Assembly: GCA_002633005.1 (NCBI GenBank)
Contig: NMRA01000276.1
Span: 75,414 to 139,413, forward strand
Origin: Phoronis australis
Taxonomy: Eukaryota > Animalia > Phoronida
Length of the DNA: 64,000 nucleotides
Direction of reading: 5' to 3'
The notes under the pieces are model-generated. The model worked only from the letters and a program-made list of their open reading frames with translations, was not told the DNA's origin and made no database searches. Of the stretch, positions 38,154-50,088 are shown one piece after another; position 1 is the stretch's first letter, and each line of letters opens with the position of its first letter. The position numbers and the translations under genes are program-made.

Positions 38154-39418
38154 AGGCGATGACAACATTTTTTCATGTCATTTTTAGCAAAAATAGGGTT
38201 CGTTGATTATCCCAGACATATTTTTCACTTATTTACAGCTTTTCGTAATTTAATTAATTACTCGTCGTCTACTCCGGAAGTGACGTTTTGGGAGGCAAGA
38301 ATTTCGCGCCAATTTCTTTTCATACAGTCTGACTGTGAGAGCAGTCGTGTCAGTCATTGTTCTACCTCGGTTGTGATAAGTTCGGTCGTAGTTTGCTTTT
38401 GTTTACGAGTCAGTCAACATGCCACACTGTTGCTGCTTACCGAGATGTACTCATTATTGTCTCAAGTACAGAGGAAGAACTGTCCCACTTGCCCGAGTGT
38501 CCCGCAACACACTTCCACTGGAGGGTGACTGCTTACATCCCGCCGTGCAACTCCCTCGTCACACACGTGGCACCTTCTAAATAGTTCCAATACAAGTCCA
38601 CAATAAACTTATCAAACTTAGGCTCACCGATCTGTTCATTGGATGAAGAACTGTCCTTTTCACTGGGTGTCAAACTGGGCCTGTATTCACTCCCACTACT
38701 CAACATCGCTGCAGGGCTGCTTACAGGCTCTGGGCTAGAGACAACAACACACGGAGAATCTCTGCTAGTTCCTGGAATTGCCCGCTATGGGGTACGTTCG
38801 GAGGCATGGGTGACAGTAGATGAAGTGCCTCCATTCACTGTTTATAGTGGCCACAGCTCACGAGGCTTCTCGATTCAAAAACGGGGTGGCGACGGGGCAC
38901 TGCCGGGAATCAACAGCGACAGTATGGAACCCTTCTTTAGGCGTTGTTTCGCAAGGACCTTCATCAATTCAGCGTACATACCTCTGTCGTAATGACGGCT
39001 GAAAATGCTTGCCACTGCTTTGTACGTTGCGTGGACGGGTAGCGCTAGCCAAGTACGGCGAAGTGTGTCATCCTTCTGAAAGTGATGCAAGGTACCCAAA
39101 GCGCGTCTGAGACGATAATGAGCACATCCTGGTACGCAGCAACAGCGTGGCATGTTGACTGACTCGTAAACAAAAGCAAACGATGACCGAACTTATCACA
39201 TCCGAGGTAGAACAATGACTGACTTGACAGCTCTCACAGTCTGACTGTATGAAAAGAAATTGGCGCGAAATTCTTGCCTCCCAAAACGTCACTTCCGGAG
39301 TAGAGGATGAGAAATTAATTAAATTATGAAAAGCTGTAATTAAGTGAAAAATATGTCCAAGATAATCAACAGACCTTATTTTTGCTAAAAGTGACATGAA
39401 AAAAGGTTGCCTTCGCCT
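38154..39418. mobile_element. Kolobok-like foldback element with ~310-bp TIRs and a THAP-domain remnant
   Basis: TTAA TSD (38150-38153, 39419-39422), AGG...CCT termini; 38154-38464 is the reverse complement of 39108-39418. Confidence 0.85.
38875..39153 (-). pseudogene. THAP zinc-finger-like ORF of the Kolobok-like element
   Basis: MPRCCCVPGC...HHFQKD..LRRTW...IFSRHY...LKKGSILSL fits the THAP pattern (CxVxxC...FP.D...W...CxxHF...LK..AVP), but the third Cys is replaced by Phe. Confidence 0.7.
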
Positions 39419-39722
39419 TTAACCTGATCCTTACTCAAATGAAAAGTGGTTTCAGAGCTTGAAAAGAACTCGCCGTTGGTTACTGCAAAAAATGTCTGGC
39501 CATAACAAGAAAACTTGTTGAGCTAGCTCTTAAGTACCAGTTGTGTCCACTCCGAATAAGGAACAAGTTGCGACCAATTCTGGAGTTACAAGCGCTCTAG
39601 ATCAGTCAAAAGATAGTTTTTTGACAGAAGATGGTCTAATAGGCGCTTTAAACATTAGTTGTTTTAAAATGATTATAACTGACACTCCAAAATAAAGCTT
39701 CCAAATCATTTTCTTGACTTAC

Positions 39723-39801
39723 CTCAACATCCAGGTGTCATATTCTATATCGGTCATCGTATTTGGGAACTCAATTGACTCTGGTTTAATTAAGGTTACG
39801 C
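39723..39801 (-). CDS. NEURL4: NEURL4 exon (NHR4)
   Basis: tttaag|GC GTA...TTG AG|gtaag; VTLIKPESIEFPNTMTDIEYDTWML. Confidence 0.93.
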
Positions 39802-39987
39802 CTTAAAACACACAATACAACATGTCAACTTATGCCATGAATGACTAACAGTGTACAAAACACTGACACACACAGTCAGGAGTAAACTGACACTGATTTT
39901 AGCTTCAAATTTTATTCTGCTGTTCTATTTATTTACTAGCACGCCTGATGAATTGCATGCCGCCTCCACTTTTATTTTATTTACTAC

Positions 39988-40123
39988 CAATTAGCACTTG
40001 TTCTCAAGGCAGTTGGTTCAAATCCTGTTGGACCCCAGTGTTACATCCTTGAGTCAATTAGCACTTGTTCTCAAGGCAGTTGGTTCAAATCCTGTTGGAC
40101 CCCAGTGTTACATCCTTGAGTCA
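39988..40123. repeat. 67-bp exact tandem duplication containing a B-box-like ggttcaaatcc
   Basis: caattagcacttgttctcaaggcagttggttcaaatcctgttggaccccagtgttacatccttgagt x2. Confidence 0.8.
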
Positions 40124-40521
40124 AGTCTCTCTAGCTCCTCAACTCAGTCTAAATTTTATATTACTGTAAAATCTCACCATATTCGGACAAACATAATTGC
40201 CAAAAGTGCCCTTTTTTCATTTTTCAAGGGCTATTTTTGTGAATGCCAACACATTTTTAAAACTTTATTTGGTAATTGTTGTACAAAACCTGAACATGGA
40301 AAATCATTTATTTCGATGCTAAAGATCTTTCTTGGAAAAACGATGAAACAAAATTTCACTTGTCGGCCATATTGTATCCTACATTGGTAAGATCTTACCG
40401 TATGTGATTGTATGTACTATAATTAATAAACAGAGTTGGGGGTGATTCAAGCAATGGGCCTGGCTAAGCTCATGTCTCACATAGTATCTATCATCAACAA
40501 GACAACTGTTTCAAATCTTAC

Positions 40522-40797
40522 CTGCTTCTATAGAACCAGACCATCTATCCACCATTTTCTCAATGATGATTTCAAACATCTCGTTATCCCTTAGGGCCCT
40601 GTTGCTAATGACGATGGCATCATTAAACTCTCCACGGGCATTGGGTCGCTGCGCTGTGCGCCCCCCATTCAATATGGCAGCATTACGACCATGTAGCTGA
40701 TGAAACTGCAGCAGTGAGTGATCACTACTGTTGGTGGTGGCAGTGGCAGTGGCAGAGATTTGTAGAGCTGTCGGGGTAGTTACTGTGGAACACTGAC
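40522..40797 (-). CDS. NEURL4: NEURL4 exon (linker and NHR4 start)
   Basis: gttctag|GT CAG...GCA G|gtaag; ...[63 protein letters not shown]. Confidence 0.9.
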
Positions 40798-40961
40798 CTA
40801 GAACAAGAGATTTGTAGAGCTGTAGGGGTAGTTACTGTGGAACACTGACCTAGAACAAGAGATTTGTAGAGCTGTAGGGGTAGTTACTGTGGAACACTGA
40901 CCTAGAACAAGAGATTTGTAGAGCTGTCGGAGTAGTTACTGTGGAACACTGACCTAGAACA
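40754..40961. repeat. 52-bp tandem repeat x4 containing the splice acceptor and first 44 exon nt
   Basis: Unit agagatttgtagagctgt(c/a)ggggtagttactgtggaacactgacctagaaca. Confidence 0.92.
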
Positions 40962-41703
40962 ACACAAAAAGTAGGAGTATGATAAGAGATGTCGCACAGT
41001 CCAAAACTGGTTTACAAAATCATACGCCCAAGTTCCCACATAATTGGAAAATGTGCGACCTTTCACAAAAATGTGGGTACTGGCATTAGCAACAACAGCA
41101 CCCACCGTGTGTATCTCATACAACACAGAGCTTCAACACGCACCATACACTGCAGTACATGGACCACCAACTATGTATATTCTCAATGCATGAAATATTT
41201 GATCTTGCGCACAAGCCACAACATCCATGTTGACTAGCTTCTCCTATTGAATTGACCACTTCTGGTATGCATGTCTGCTGACTATGGATGAAGTCAAAAG
41301 AGCTTCAATTCTGCAATTGCACTTCCTGAACTATTGCCAAAATTACTCATAGCACCAAAGAATTCCACTAAAGGAAGACGCTGAATGGTTCTTCATCCCA
41401 ATTTTTTCATACTGCTTCACCCTCCAGTAAAATAATGAGAATTTTCTGTTCGAAGGCACTAACCAGATAAGAATGTGAAGCATGTGGCACCTCCACTGGG
41501 AATAAGAAAATATTGGAAGTTGCAATCTGTTGTGTATCATCTATGTATACATCCATTGTGAGCAACACACACAACGCAGAGCTTTGATATGCACCCAAAG
41601 TGTGTGACACACACAAAAACAAGGAAGAACATCGCCCCACCACCAACATATGCATTGCATACAACAGACTAGAAACTCAACCTTGATATCCACTCACAGC
41701 AGG

Positions 41704-41776
41704 CAACACACTCACAGTGTGCAACACACTCACAGTGTGCAACACACTCACAGTGTGCAACACACTCACAGTGTGA
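41704..41776. repeat. 18-bp minisatellite x4
   Basis: caacacactcacagtgtg. Confidence 0.9.
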
Positions 41777-44164
41777 ATAAGAAACAGTAAAGCTGCAAGG
41801 TCTCATTCCTCAAACACTTTGCTCAAAACACAGCCACATGTCCTGCTTGATTTGGTATTGCACTAGAAAATTTCTGATGATAATAAAAACGTTTTTATCA
41901 AACATAAAGTACATACTTCAGGGGAAATCATCTATAACACTGTCACTTTTCAAATGCATTGAGTAACTGTTGACATCACGGTAACTTGGTGATGTCTACC
42001 TAAAATGACAGAAAAAACTTGACTGTGTGGCTTGTGTACATCAGAACTGAAAGCTCCGTTCCACTCCAAAATACTGTTTGGTATGAGTACGACAAAGCAA
42101 CTAGAACATCAAAAGATTGAAAGCCTCAAATTGCATTACATAAACACAATCAAGCAGATTTTTCTAGCAAATGTTTTGAGCAAAGGGTTCTCAAGACATC
42201 CCATCACACTCAATTTCACCAACCAACCACACGGCGAACACGTGACTTTTTACCGCCGGATGTGAATTTGAATTTCTGAAACATTTCCACCTAATTTTAA
42301 CGAGAAACAAGGCATAATATCAAACCATGGAAGACGAAAACAGAAAAAGGAACGCCAACACCGAAAGCACTGCGAATGCATTAAACGTGATTTCTAGGAA
42401 CATGACGCAAACTACACTGATTTTAGAAGTATTACCTCTGTCAGTGAGGCAGATCGCAGTACTTGTGAGAATGATCCTGAAATCCTGAGGTTTCAACAGG
42501 TACTTACATTGCCCGAAGTGATCAAAACTTTGAGAGAGCAACTGATAGATCCAAACTAAAGGAAAAGGACGACCAGATGCATGACCTCAAAGTGCAAGTG
42601 AGTGACCTTCAAAATAGTGTGGACAGTTTCGATGCTCGGCGAAATAACATAGTAATCCATGGATTCAACGAGCCAGAAAACGAACGCAAAGGGGACACAG
42701 ATAAAGCTGTTATTGATCTCGGCAAGATGCTTTAAATATCGACATCAGTTACGAAGACATATGTAGATCTCACAGACTGGACCCAAGAAACCCAATCAGT
42801 CAAGGCCAATCATATGCAAATTCATAGCTTACAACACCCGTGCGATGTTTCTCCACCATAAAAGTAAACTCAGATCACAAGACAGACCACTGTACATTAA
42901 AGAAAATTTGACCAAAAGGTGATCCAGTCTATTTGCTCGATATCAGCACCTCGTGAAGTCACACACAATAAACAAAACCTGGACCCATGATGGAAACATT
43001 TTGATTCAACTGAAAGATAACAAGATCAAGCAAATCTATTCCGAGACAGACTTACTTGTGCTCGAAAACTGTGAGCTGTAGCCTGTACTCCGCATCAATT
43101 GGCAAGTATGATTTGTAGAACACAACACATATTATTCAATGTAAAATAACGGCGCATTCCCTTAGTTAACTCTCGCCATGTTTGTTTGCAGCCCGAGTCT
43201 TTTTCACTCAGAGTCTAATCCTACAGGCCACCCATTAATAAACAAATTCTTGTCTTTAACCCACTTATCCATTTACAGGTGCAGTGTTTACAATGAAAAG
43301 GTTACATAACTATAAAATGCGCTGTCATAGTGACTATTACCTTGCAAGCACACTAATTTCCTGACTCCTAATTAATACCCCAAATCCAAGTTTACAGAAA
43401 TTGCTTCATTGTGGTTACCAAAAGGCCACTGCATACTCTCGTTAACATAAATTTAGAGCCTGGTAGAAGTGACAATGGGCCGACGTATGCTTACAAGTCG
43501 TTCTGTGAAAAAACTGTGACCCAATAACATAATTATGCGCTCAAACAAAGCCAAAATTAGCTCTTGCCGATAAATTTTGATTTTGATATTGGCATGACAA
43601 CTTTTGGTCCACGGACAACTCAATGCAGCAAAAAGTACAACTCGCTTGAATTTTGATTTTGCAAGTGATAAAGTACTTTAAATGCACTTCTGGATCAATT
43701 AGCTACAGCCTAAACGCATGAAACAACAAGGAGAGAAATCAGAAAATCTTTTATCTTAGCAATACATACTTTTTAAGGAATTTCACGTCTCACATTTGTC
43801 ATGATTATGAAACTACACTGAACTTGACAACTGTAGTTGTGTCATTCAAATAAATGTACATGTACATGTATGTTACCTCAAATGATTCATTTTCATCTAC
43901 AGATATTGACATCCCATCAAGTGTGAGTCAGTTCGGGAGTTCAATTTGCTTTTTAAGTTGTTTCAATTTTAATCACCATTGACGTTCAAGCTAAAAACGG
44001 CCATACGAGTATGGTATTGACTCAGAGCTCTATTTGACTCGGGCGGCGTCACGTGTAATAAGACAATGTAATTGGCAATATGTTTTCATCACAAAGTACA
44101 GTAGTCATGTTCTACATATGTACAAATTGTTTACCACGTTGACTCTCATCTATTTGTATTATTA

Positions 44165-46122
44165 CTGTAATCGTTCGGGTTAACGCCCTGGGCGGTTAAA
44201 TTGGCGAATCCAAAAAATCGGGGGAGGGCGGTTAACCGAGCAGTGGGCGGTTAAATCGAAAATCCACCTAAAGTAGGGGATGGGCGGTTAACCGAACATG
44301 GGCGCTTACTACGACAGACAACCGCCCTGGGCGGTTAATCTTACCTGGCGATCTAAATCCCGACACGACAATCATACTCGGAACGCGTAGCCCTTTTCAA
44401 AGAGCTTTATCACCACGTCGCCAAATGACTGTGAAAACTTCATAACAGCGGATGATCCCAACAAAGGTTCTCCTGCCCTCAGATTAGTTATTCACTATTA
44501 AATTTACACAATTGCTGAGTAATAGCCCCGTGCCATCCTGCGGTGCGCAGACGACCAGTCACCACGCAGCCTCCACTAGAATTAAAACTGTTTCAAGATG
44601 TGACCCTGCTTAAGTGCGCGCGTGCAAGCTTCACGTGTTGCAGAGGTCAGACATCAAATTTATGGTTACAGTCTCGTACTATATGTAGCTGTCGAGTTCC
44701 GAGTCAGAGAGCAGTTTTAAAATTGGTTGTAATAAAAGTTTGAAAAACTTAACTCTGCTGTTTTTTATGTTTGGGATGTTATAGTCGACACCCCGTGACT
44801 CAATGACATTTTCAGCGTATGGTTCTGCGGCTAGCTGTCTTATCTCGACAGCCCGACATTGCTCTCTTGCCGTTGCGCCAAACATGCTATGCAAAGAAGT
44901 AAGGCAAGGATCGGGGGTGGTCGAGCCAGTCGTCGATCAAGAATAAAATTTCAAGCAACTGCATAAATATGTTACAAAATGTCAGAAAACAGCAATGTTT
45001 CAATTCATTATTCTAAACGATCACCTTACCAAACTTCGTGGTGGAAAAACATTATTTTTCATGCAAGATGTCCAGATTATCCTATTTATATCACTTGTAA
45101 TATCGCACTGCGGCACTGTTCGGTCCCGCTGTTATCGCGCAATGTCTCAGTCGGCTGACAATCGTGACTTGGAAATGCCGTCAAGTAATATAACGGCCTC
45201 TTTCAATATGCATCTCGTTTTTTATGGCCAAAGATAGTGGCGGTATTCAGCACGCACGTAGGGCCTACGNNNNNNNNNNNNNNNNNNNNNNNNNNNNNNN
45301 NNNNNNNNNNNNNNNNNNNNNNNNNNNNNNNNNNNNNNNNNNNNNNNNNNNNNNNNNNNNNNNNNNNNNNNNNNNNNNNNNNNNNNNNNNNNNNNNNNNN
45401 NNNNNNNNNNNNNNNNNNNNNNNNNNNNNNNNNNNNNNNNNNNNNNNNNNNNNNNNNNNNNNNNNNNNNNNNNNNNNNNNNNNNNNNNNNNNNNNNNNNN
45501 NNNNNNNNNNNNNNNNNNNNNNNNNNNNNNNNNNNNNNNNNNNNNNNNNNNNNNNNNNNNNNNNNNNNNNNNNNNNNNNNNNNNNNNNNNNNNNNNNNNN
45601 NNNNNNNNNNNNNNNNNNNNNNNNNNNNNNNNNNNNNNNNNNNNNNNNNNNNNNNNNNNNNNNNNNNNNNNNNNNNNNNNNNNNNNNNNNNNNNNNNNNN
45701 NNNNNNNNNNNNNNNNNNNNNNNNNNNNNNNNNNNNNNNNNNNNNNNNNNNNNNNNNNNNNNNNNNNNNNNNNNNNNNNNNNNNNNNNNNNNNNNNNNNN
45801 NNNNNNNNNNNNNNNNNNNNNNNNNNNNNNNNNNNNNNNNNNNNNNNNNNNNNNNNNNNNNNNNNNNNNNNNNNNNNNNNNNNNNNNNNNNNNNNNNNNN
45901 NNNNNNNNNNNNNNNNNNNNNNNNNNNNNNNNNNNNNNNNCTAAATCTTCATTCTTTAAAAGTCGGGGATGGGCGCTTAACCGAGAGGTGGGCGCTTAAC
46001 TGGAAATCTTCAAAAATCGCAGGGGGGCGCTTAACCGAGCAGTGGGCGGTTAAATCGAAAATCCACTTAAAGTCGGGGATGGGCGGTTAACTGAGCATGG
46101 GCGTTAACCCGAACGATTACGG
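44165..46122. mobile_element. Tc1/mariner-like non-autonomous element, copy 1 (contains the assembly gap)
   Basis: TIR c(t/c)gtaatcgttcgggttaacgccc / gggcgttaacccgaacgattacgg with TA TSD; gggcggttaa subterminal repeats. Confidence 0.8.
45270..45940. other. Assembly gap (N run)
   Basis: Run of n. Confidence 1.
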
Positions 46123-46168
46123 TAATATCACATCTGTAGTACGCCTATCCACTTCACTTTTTAATGTT

Positions 46169-46291
46169 TAAAAAAAAATAATTGCAGGCGGTCTGATACA
46201 CGTTGTAACAGACGTGCGCAGGCCTCGCATGTGGGCCCATTGCACTGATCACCTGGAAATATTTTTATGCTTTATTAATGTATGGTTAAAA
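46169..46291 (-). mobile_element. 5'-truncated SINE copy (3' tail only)
   Basis: Reverse complement of 62359-62480; 13-bp TSD actttttaatgtt (46156-46168, 46292-46304). Confidence 0.88.
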
Positions 46292-46772
46292 ACTTTTTAA
46301 TGTTACTAAGGCATCAGTTTTCTATTTGCAAGATTTATGTAATTAAATTAGCTAGCTTCAAGGTCTTATTCACTAATATCACCAGTATCAAGGTGATCAA
46401 TCTTTCAAGATTTGAACTTCTCAAGCAATTTATTACAGACAACAATTACATGGTCATTGCCATATAAGTGAATCCAGAACACTGTCAGAAGACAACCTCA
46501 GTGCACTTATTATTATTATTATTCCACAATACAACATTGCCTACCACACTAACGCCGGGAGGGGGTTGATCTTGTTTGTCCACAACTCCGTAAATTACAA
46601 AACAATTGATGATAAAATTATACAATCAATGAATAACTGTTGGATTGAACTTTATGTCAACCACAAAAAGGTATATTATGGTTTTTTCTATCACCCTCAC
46701 AGACGTCCCATGAAAGGAAAGCATATTTCAAAACCTTTTCAGAACAACCGCAAGAACTCTCACAAACTAATA

Positions 46773-49700
46773 CCGTAACCGTTGGGTTAACGCCCATGCT
46801 CAGTTAACCGTCCACCCCCTACTTTAGGTGGATTTTCAATTTAACCGCCCACTGTTCAGTTAAGCGCCCCCTGCGATTTTTGAAGATGTTCAGTTAAGCG
46901 CCCACCTCTCGGTTAAGCGCCCATCCCCGACTTTTAAAGAATGAAGATTTAGCGCTGTCAGACGATTGACTGTGGGTCTGTTTAAAAGGTAGCTATGCTT
47001 TGAGATTGCGCGTAGATGGAGATTGAATAATCAAATCCAGTAATTAATTTATTATATGATAACCCCTAATTAGACAAATGAAACCTATTGTTAATTAAGT
47101 AATCAACTACAAAGAGTAACTACGCTAGTGCCCTCTTTAAAGATTACTTTAATCAAACAACCAAAACAATCAAATGTCTTATCTGCTATCCAAGCTAGGA
47201 CTCTCCACTTGCTGGATGTCTGTCCTGTTGGTGAATCTTCGAACTACGCACACACTGTATAGCGACAGTGTACTTGCTGGTCACCGTCTTTGGTGATTCA
47301 ACACTTGCAGACAATTTCTTCTACCCGCGATTCTTCTAGCTGGTCACAGTCTCTGGCTGATGACGCAACACTTCAGGTAGTATCTTACTAACCACAATGC
47401 AAGTGACAAGCTCTTAGTTAACTTCCTGTTCGTTAACCCTTGCCCTTACCAAGATCCTTTCTAGAATCTTCCACGAGATGGCTCTGTCGTACAATTGCTT
47501 CTGTACACTGTAGCAAGTCTTTATGCTTCAACTACTATAGCGCATCTAATTATCTTGTTGATTTCAGCCCATAATATAACATTCTACTTATTTAGTGATT
47601 GGCTAATAAAAACCACATGATCATATCCACTCGTATTATTGGCTGTTACAATTTGTTCTCAGAATATTCTAGAATCTCTAGAGTACTTTGACCCCAGAAC
47701 CCAAAGTTGTAAACACCATCTAAAAATAGATTTTGACGTTAAAATACATGTCAACAAGTCTGACCCCATGATTTAAAAGTACACAAATTTTGGGCAACTT
47801 AAAATGGATCTATTCTTACTAATTACTTAATCAATATTTAGTCTGACAAGCGCCCAGTGCTAAGGAAACGCGTGATTCCCTGACTTTTAGAAAAAGATCC
47901 ATGATCACAATGAGCGCAACGACGCCGGGCCTCCCAGACAGCGGTTTAGCAACGTGAATTAAAATACAAGTAACGAATTATTGTCTAGGGTCATGGATTC
48001 ACTTCAAAATATAATACTTGAACGTTTTTGTCACTTTATTTTCTTCCCATGTTTGCAAAGTTTAAGAACGCCGCCGGCGTCAAAACCTCCGTTTTCAGCG
48101 ACTTTGTCTGCCGCGCTGAGTTTCCGTCTGAAGTGCACTAGATAAATCATATATTCGAAAAAATAAGGCCAGAGAAATGTGACAATGGTTGTGCCAACCC
48201 TTCAAATTCTATTAAGGTGGGACGCTCTCGTATTTTGAACAAATCTCACAACTCACGGAATGATGTGAAATTCTAAATATTTTGATGAATGTAACTGCCG
48301 GGTTATAGATGTGTGGTGATCAAAGGGACAGTACAAGTGCCTTAATGGGTTACCGATTTTGTTGCTGCCTATCGATTTCTGAATTCAAAGGTTGGCAATA
48401 ATGTATGTTTGTGTATGATCTTGAGGTAATAAAAAACTGCTAGTCAAATTTTGTTTTTTCGCTTATTGCATCTCAGTCAAACTGGCGTTAGCAGATTGAA
48501 CTAATGTCGCTGGCTGTTCTTTACTATTTCTTGCGTCAGCCCTCACGTATAAGCGTGACTGTGTGAATTATCGTTTCCACATCCCCTTTTTCGCCATCCA
48601 GAATAATTTTGTTTATACATTGGCCAGTTTCAATCTGAACAAAAATTCTTACCATTCGACTCTGAAATATCTACGACGTAGACTGACTGAAAATTGGCGA
48701 TAGTGGGCAGGAGATGCACGCAGCTACCTACGGGCATGGGCTTAGGGAGCATCGAGCCGGGAAATATCGGAATAGACTTGACATCGCAGTTTTGGGGAAC
48801 ATTGGCAACGGAGGAATATCGTAAAGAACTGGGTCTTTCGTAACAACAGCTTAAAAGTACATAGTCACGCCCGTTTTTGTTACTTAGGGCTACTCTCTTT
48901 TGATGTGTGGCTTTGTAGTCATTTTGGTGCACGTGCGCAAGTTCCCACACTTTGCAGTGCATGTTACCTTGACACCAACATGTGATTGACAGGTGACTCA
49001 CATGTAGGCCCTACGTGCGTGCTGATTCCCGCCACTATCTTTGACCATAAAAAACGAGATGCATATTGAAAGAGGCCACTATATTACTTGACGGCATTTC
49101 CAAGTCACGATTGTCAGCCGACTGAGACATTGCGCACTAACAGCTGGACCGAACAGTGCCACAGTGCGATATTGCAAGTGATATAAATAGGGTAATCTGG
49201 ACATCTTGCATGAAAAATAAATGTTTTTCCACCACGAAGATTGGTAAGGTGATCATTTAAGAATGAATTGAAACATCACTATTTTGTGGCGTTTTATCAC
49301 ATATTTATGTCGTGGCTCGAAATTTTATTCTTGATTGACGAGTGGTTCATGGCCGCTTAACCCAGATTCTTGTCTTGGGCCTAGTTCTTTGCCGAGCATG
49401 TTTGGCGCAACGGCAAGTGAGCAATGCCGGGCGGTCGAGATAAAACAGCTAGCCGCAGAACCATACGCTAAAAATGTCATTGAGTCACGGAGTGTCGACT
49501 ATAAACATCCTAAACACAAAAAAAACATCAGAATTAAGTTTTTCAAACTTTTATCACAACTAATTTTAAAACTGCTCTCAGACTAGCTCAGCATGAGACT
49601 GTAACCATAAATTTGATGTCTGCTGTGACCTCTTCAACATGTGAAGCTTGCACGCGCGCACTTTAACAAGGTCACATCTTGAAATAGTTGCAATCCAAGT

Positions 49701-50088
49701 AAAGTCTGTGTGGTCACTGGTCGTCTGCGCTCTAGAGGGCAAAGTAACAAGACCGCAGGACGCCACGGGGCTATTATTCAGCAATTCTGTAAATTTAATA
49801 GTGAATAACTAATCTGAGGGCAATAGAATCTTTGTTAGGATCATCCGCTGTTATGACATTTTTCCAGTGAAGTGGCGACGTGACGATAACGCTCTTTCAA
49901 AAGAGCTACGCATTCCGAGTACGAGGTAAGATTAACCGCCCAGGGCGGTTGCCTGTCATAATAAGCACCCATGTTCGGTTAACCGCCCACCCTGGATTTC
50001 TTGAAATTTCGCGTTTAAGCGTCCATGTCTGTTAACCGCCCACCCTCGATTTTTTGGGTTTGCCAATTTAACCACCGAACGTTTACGG
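46773..50088. mobile_element. Tc1/mariner-like non-autonomous element, copy 2 (inverted relative to copy 1)
   Basis: ta|ccgtaaccgttgggttaacgccc ... ccgaacgtttacgg|ta; 49003-50088 is the reverse complement of 44165-45269. Confidence 0.8.
46956..47848. mobile_element. Probable solo LTR (TG...CA, 5-bp TSD; BEL/Pao- or Gypsy-like)
   Basis: tgtcagac...gtctgaca termini with AGCGC duplicated at 46951-46955 and 47849-47853; 893 bp. Confidence 0.7.

Noticed and set aside
38175-38528. Paired similar ORFs 38175-38528 (+) and 39068-39397 (-)
   Set aside because: They are translations of the two TIR arms, not genes.
39988-40123. Pol III gene suggested by ggttcaaatcc
   Set aside because: No A-box or cloverleaf; at most a duplicated SINE relic.
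45224-46090. Long ORFs of 288 and 235 aa
   Set aside because: Artefacts of translating the N gap.
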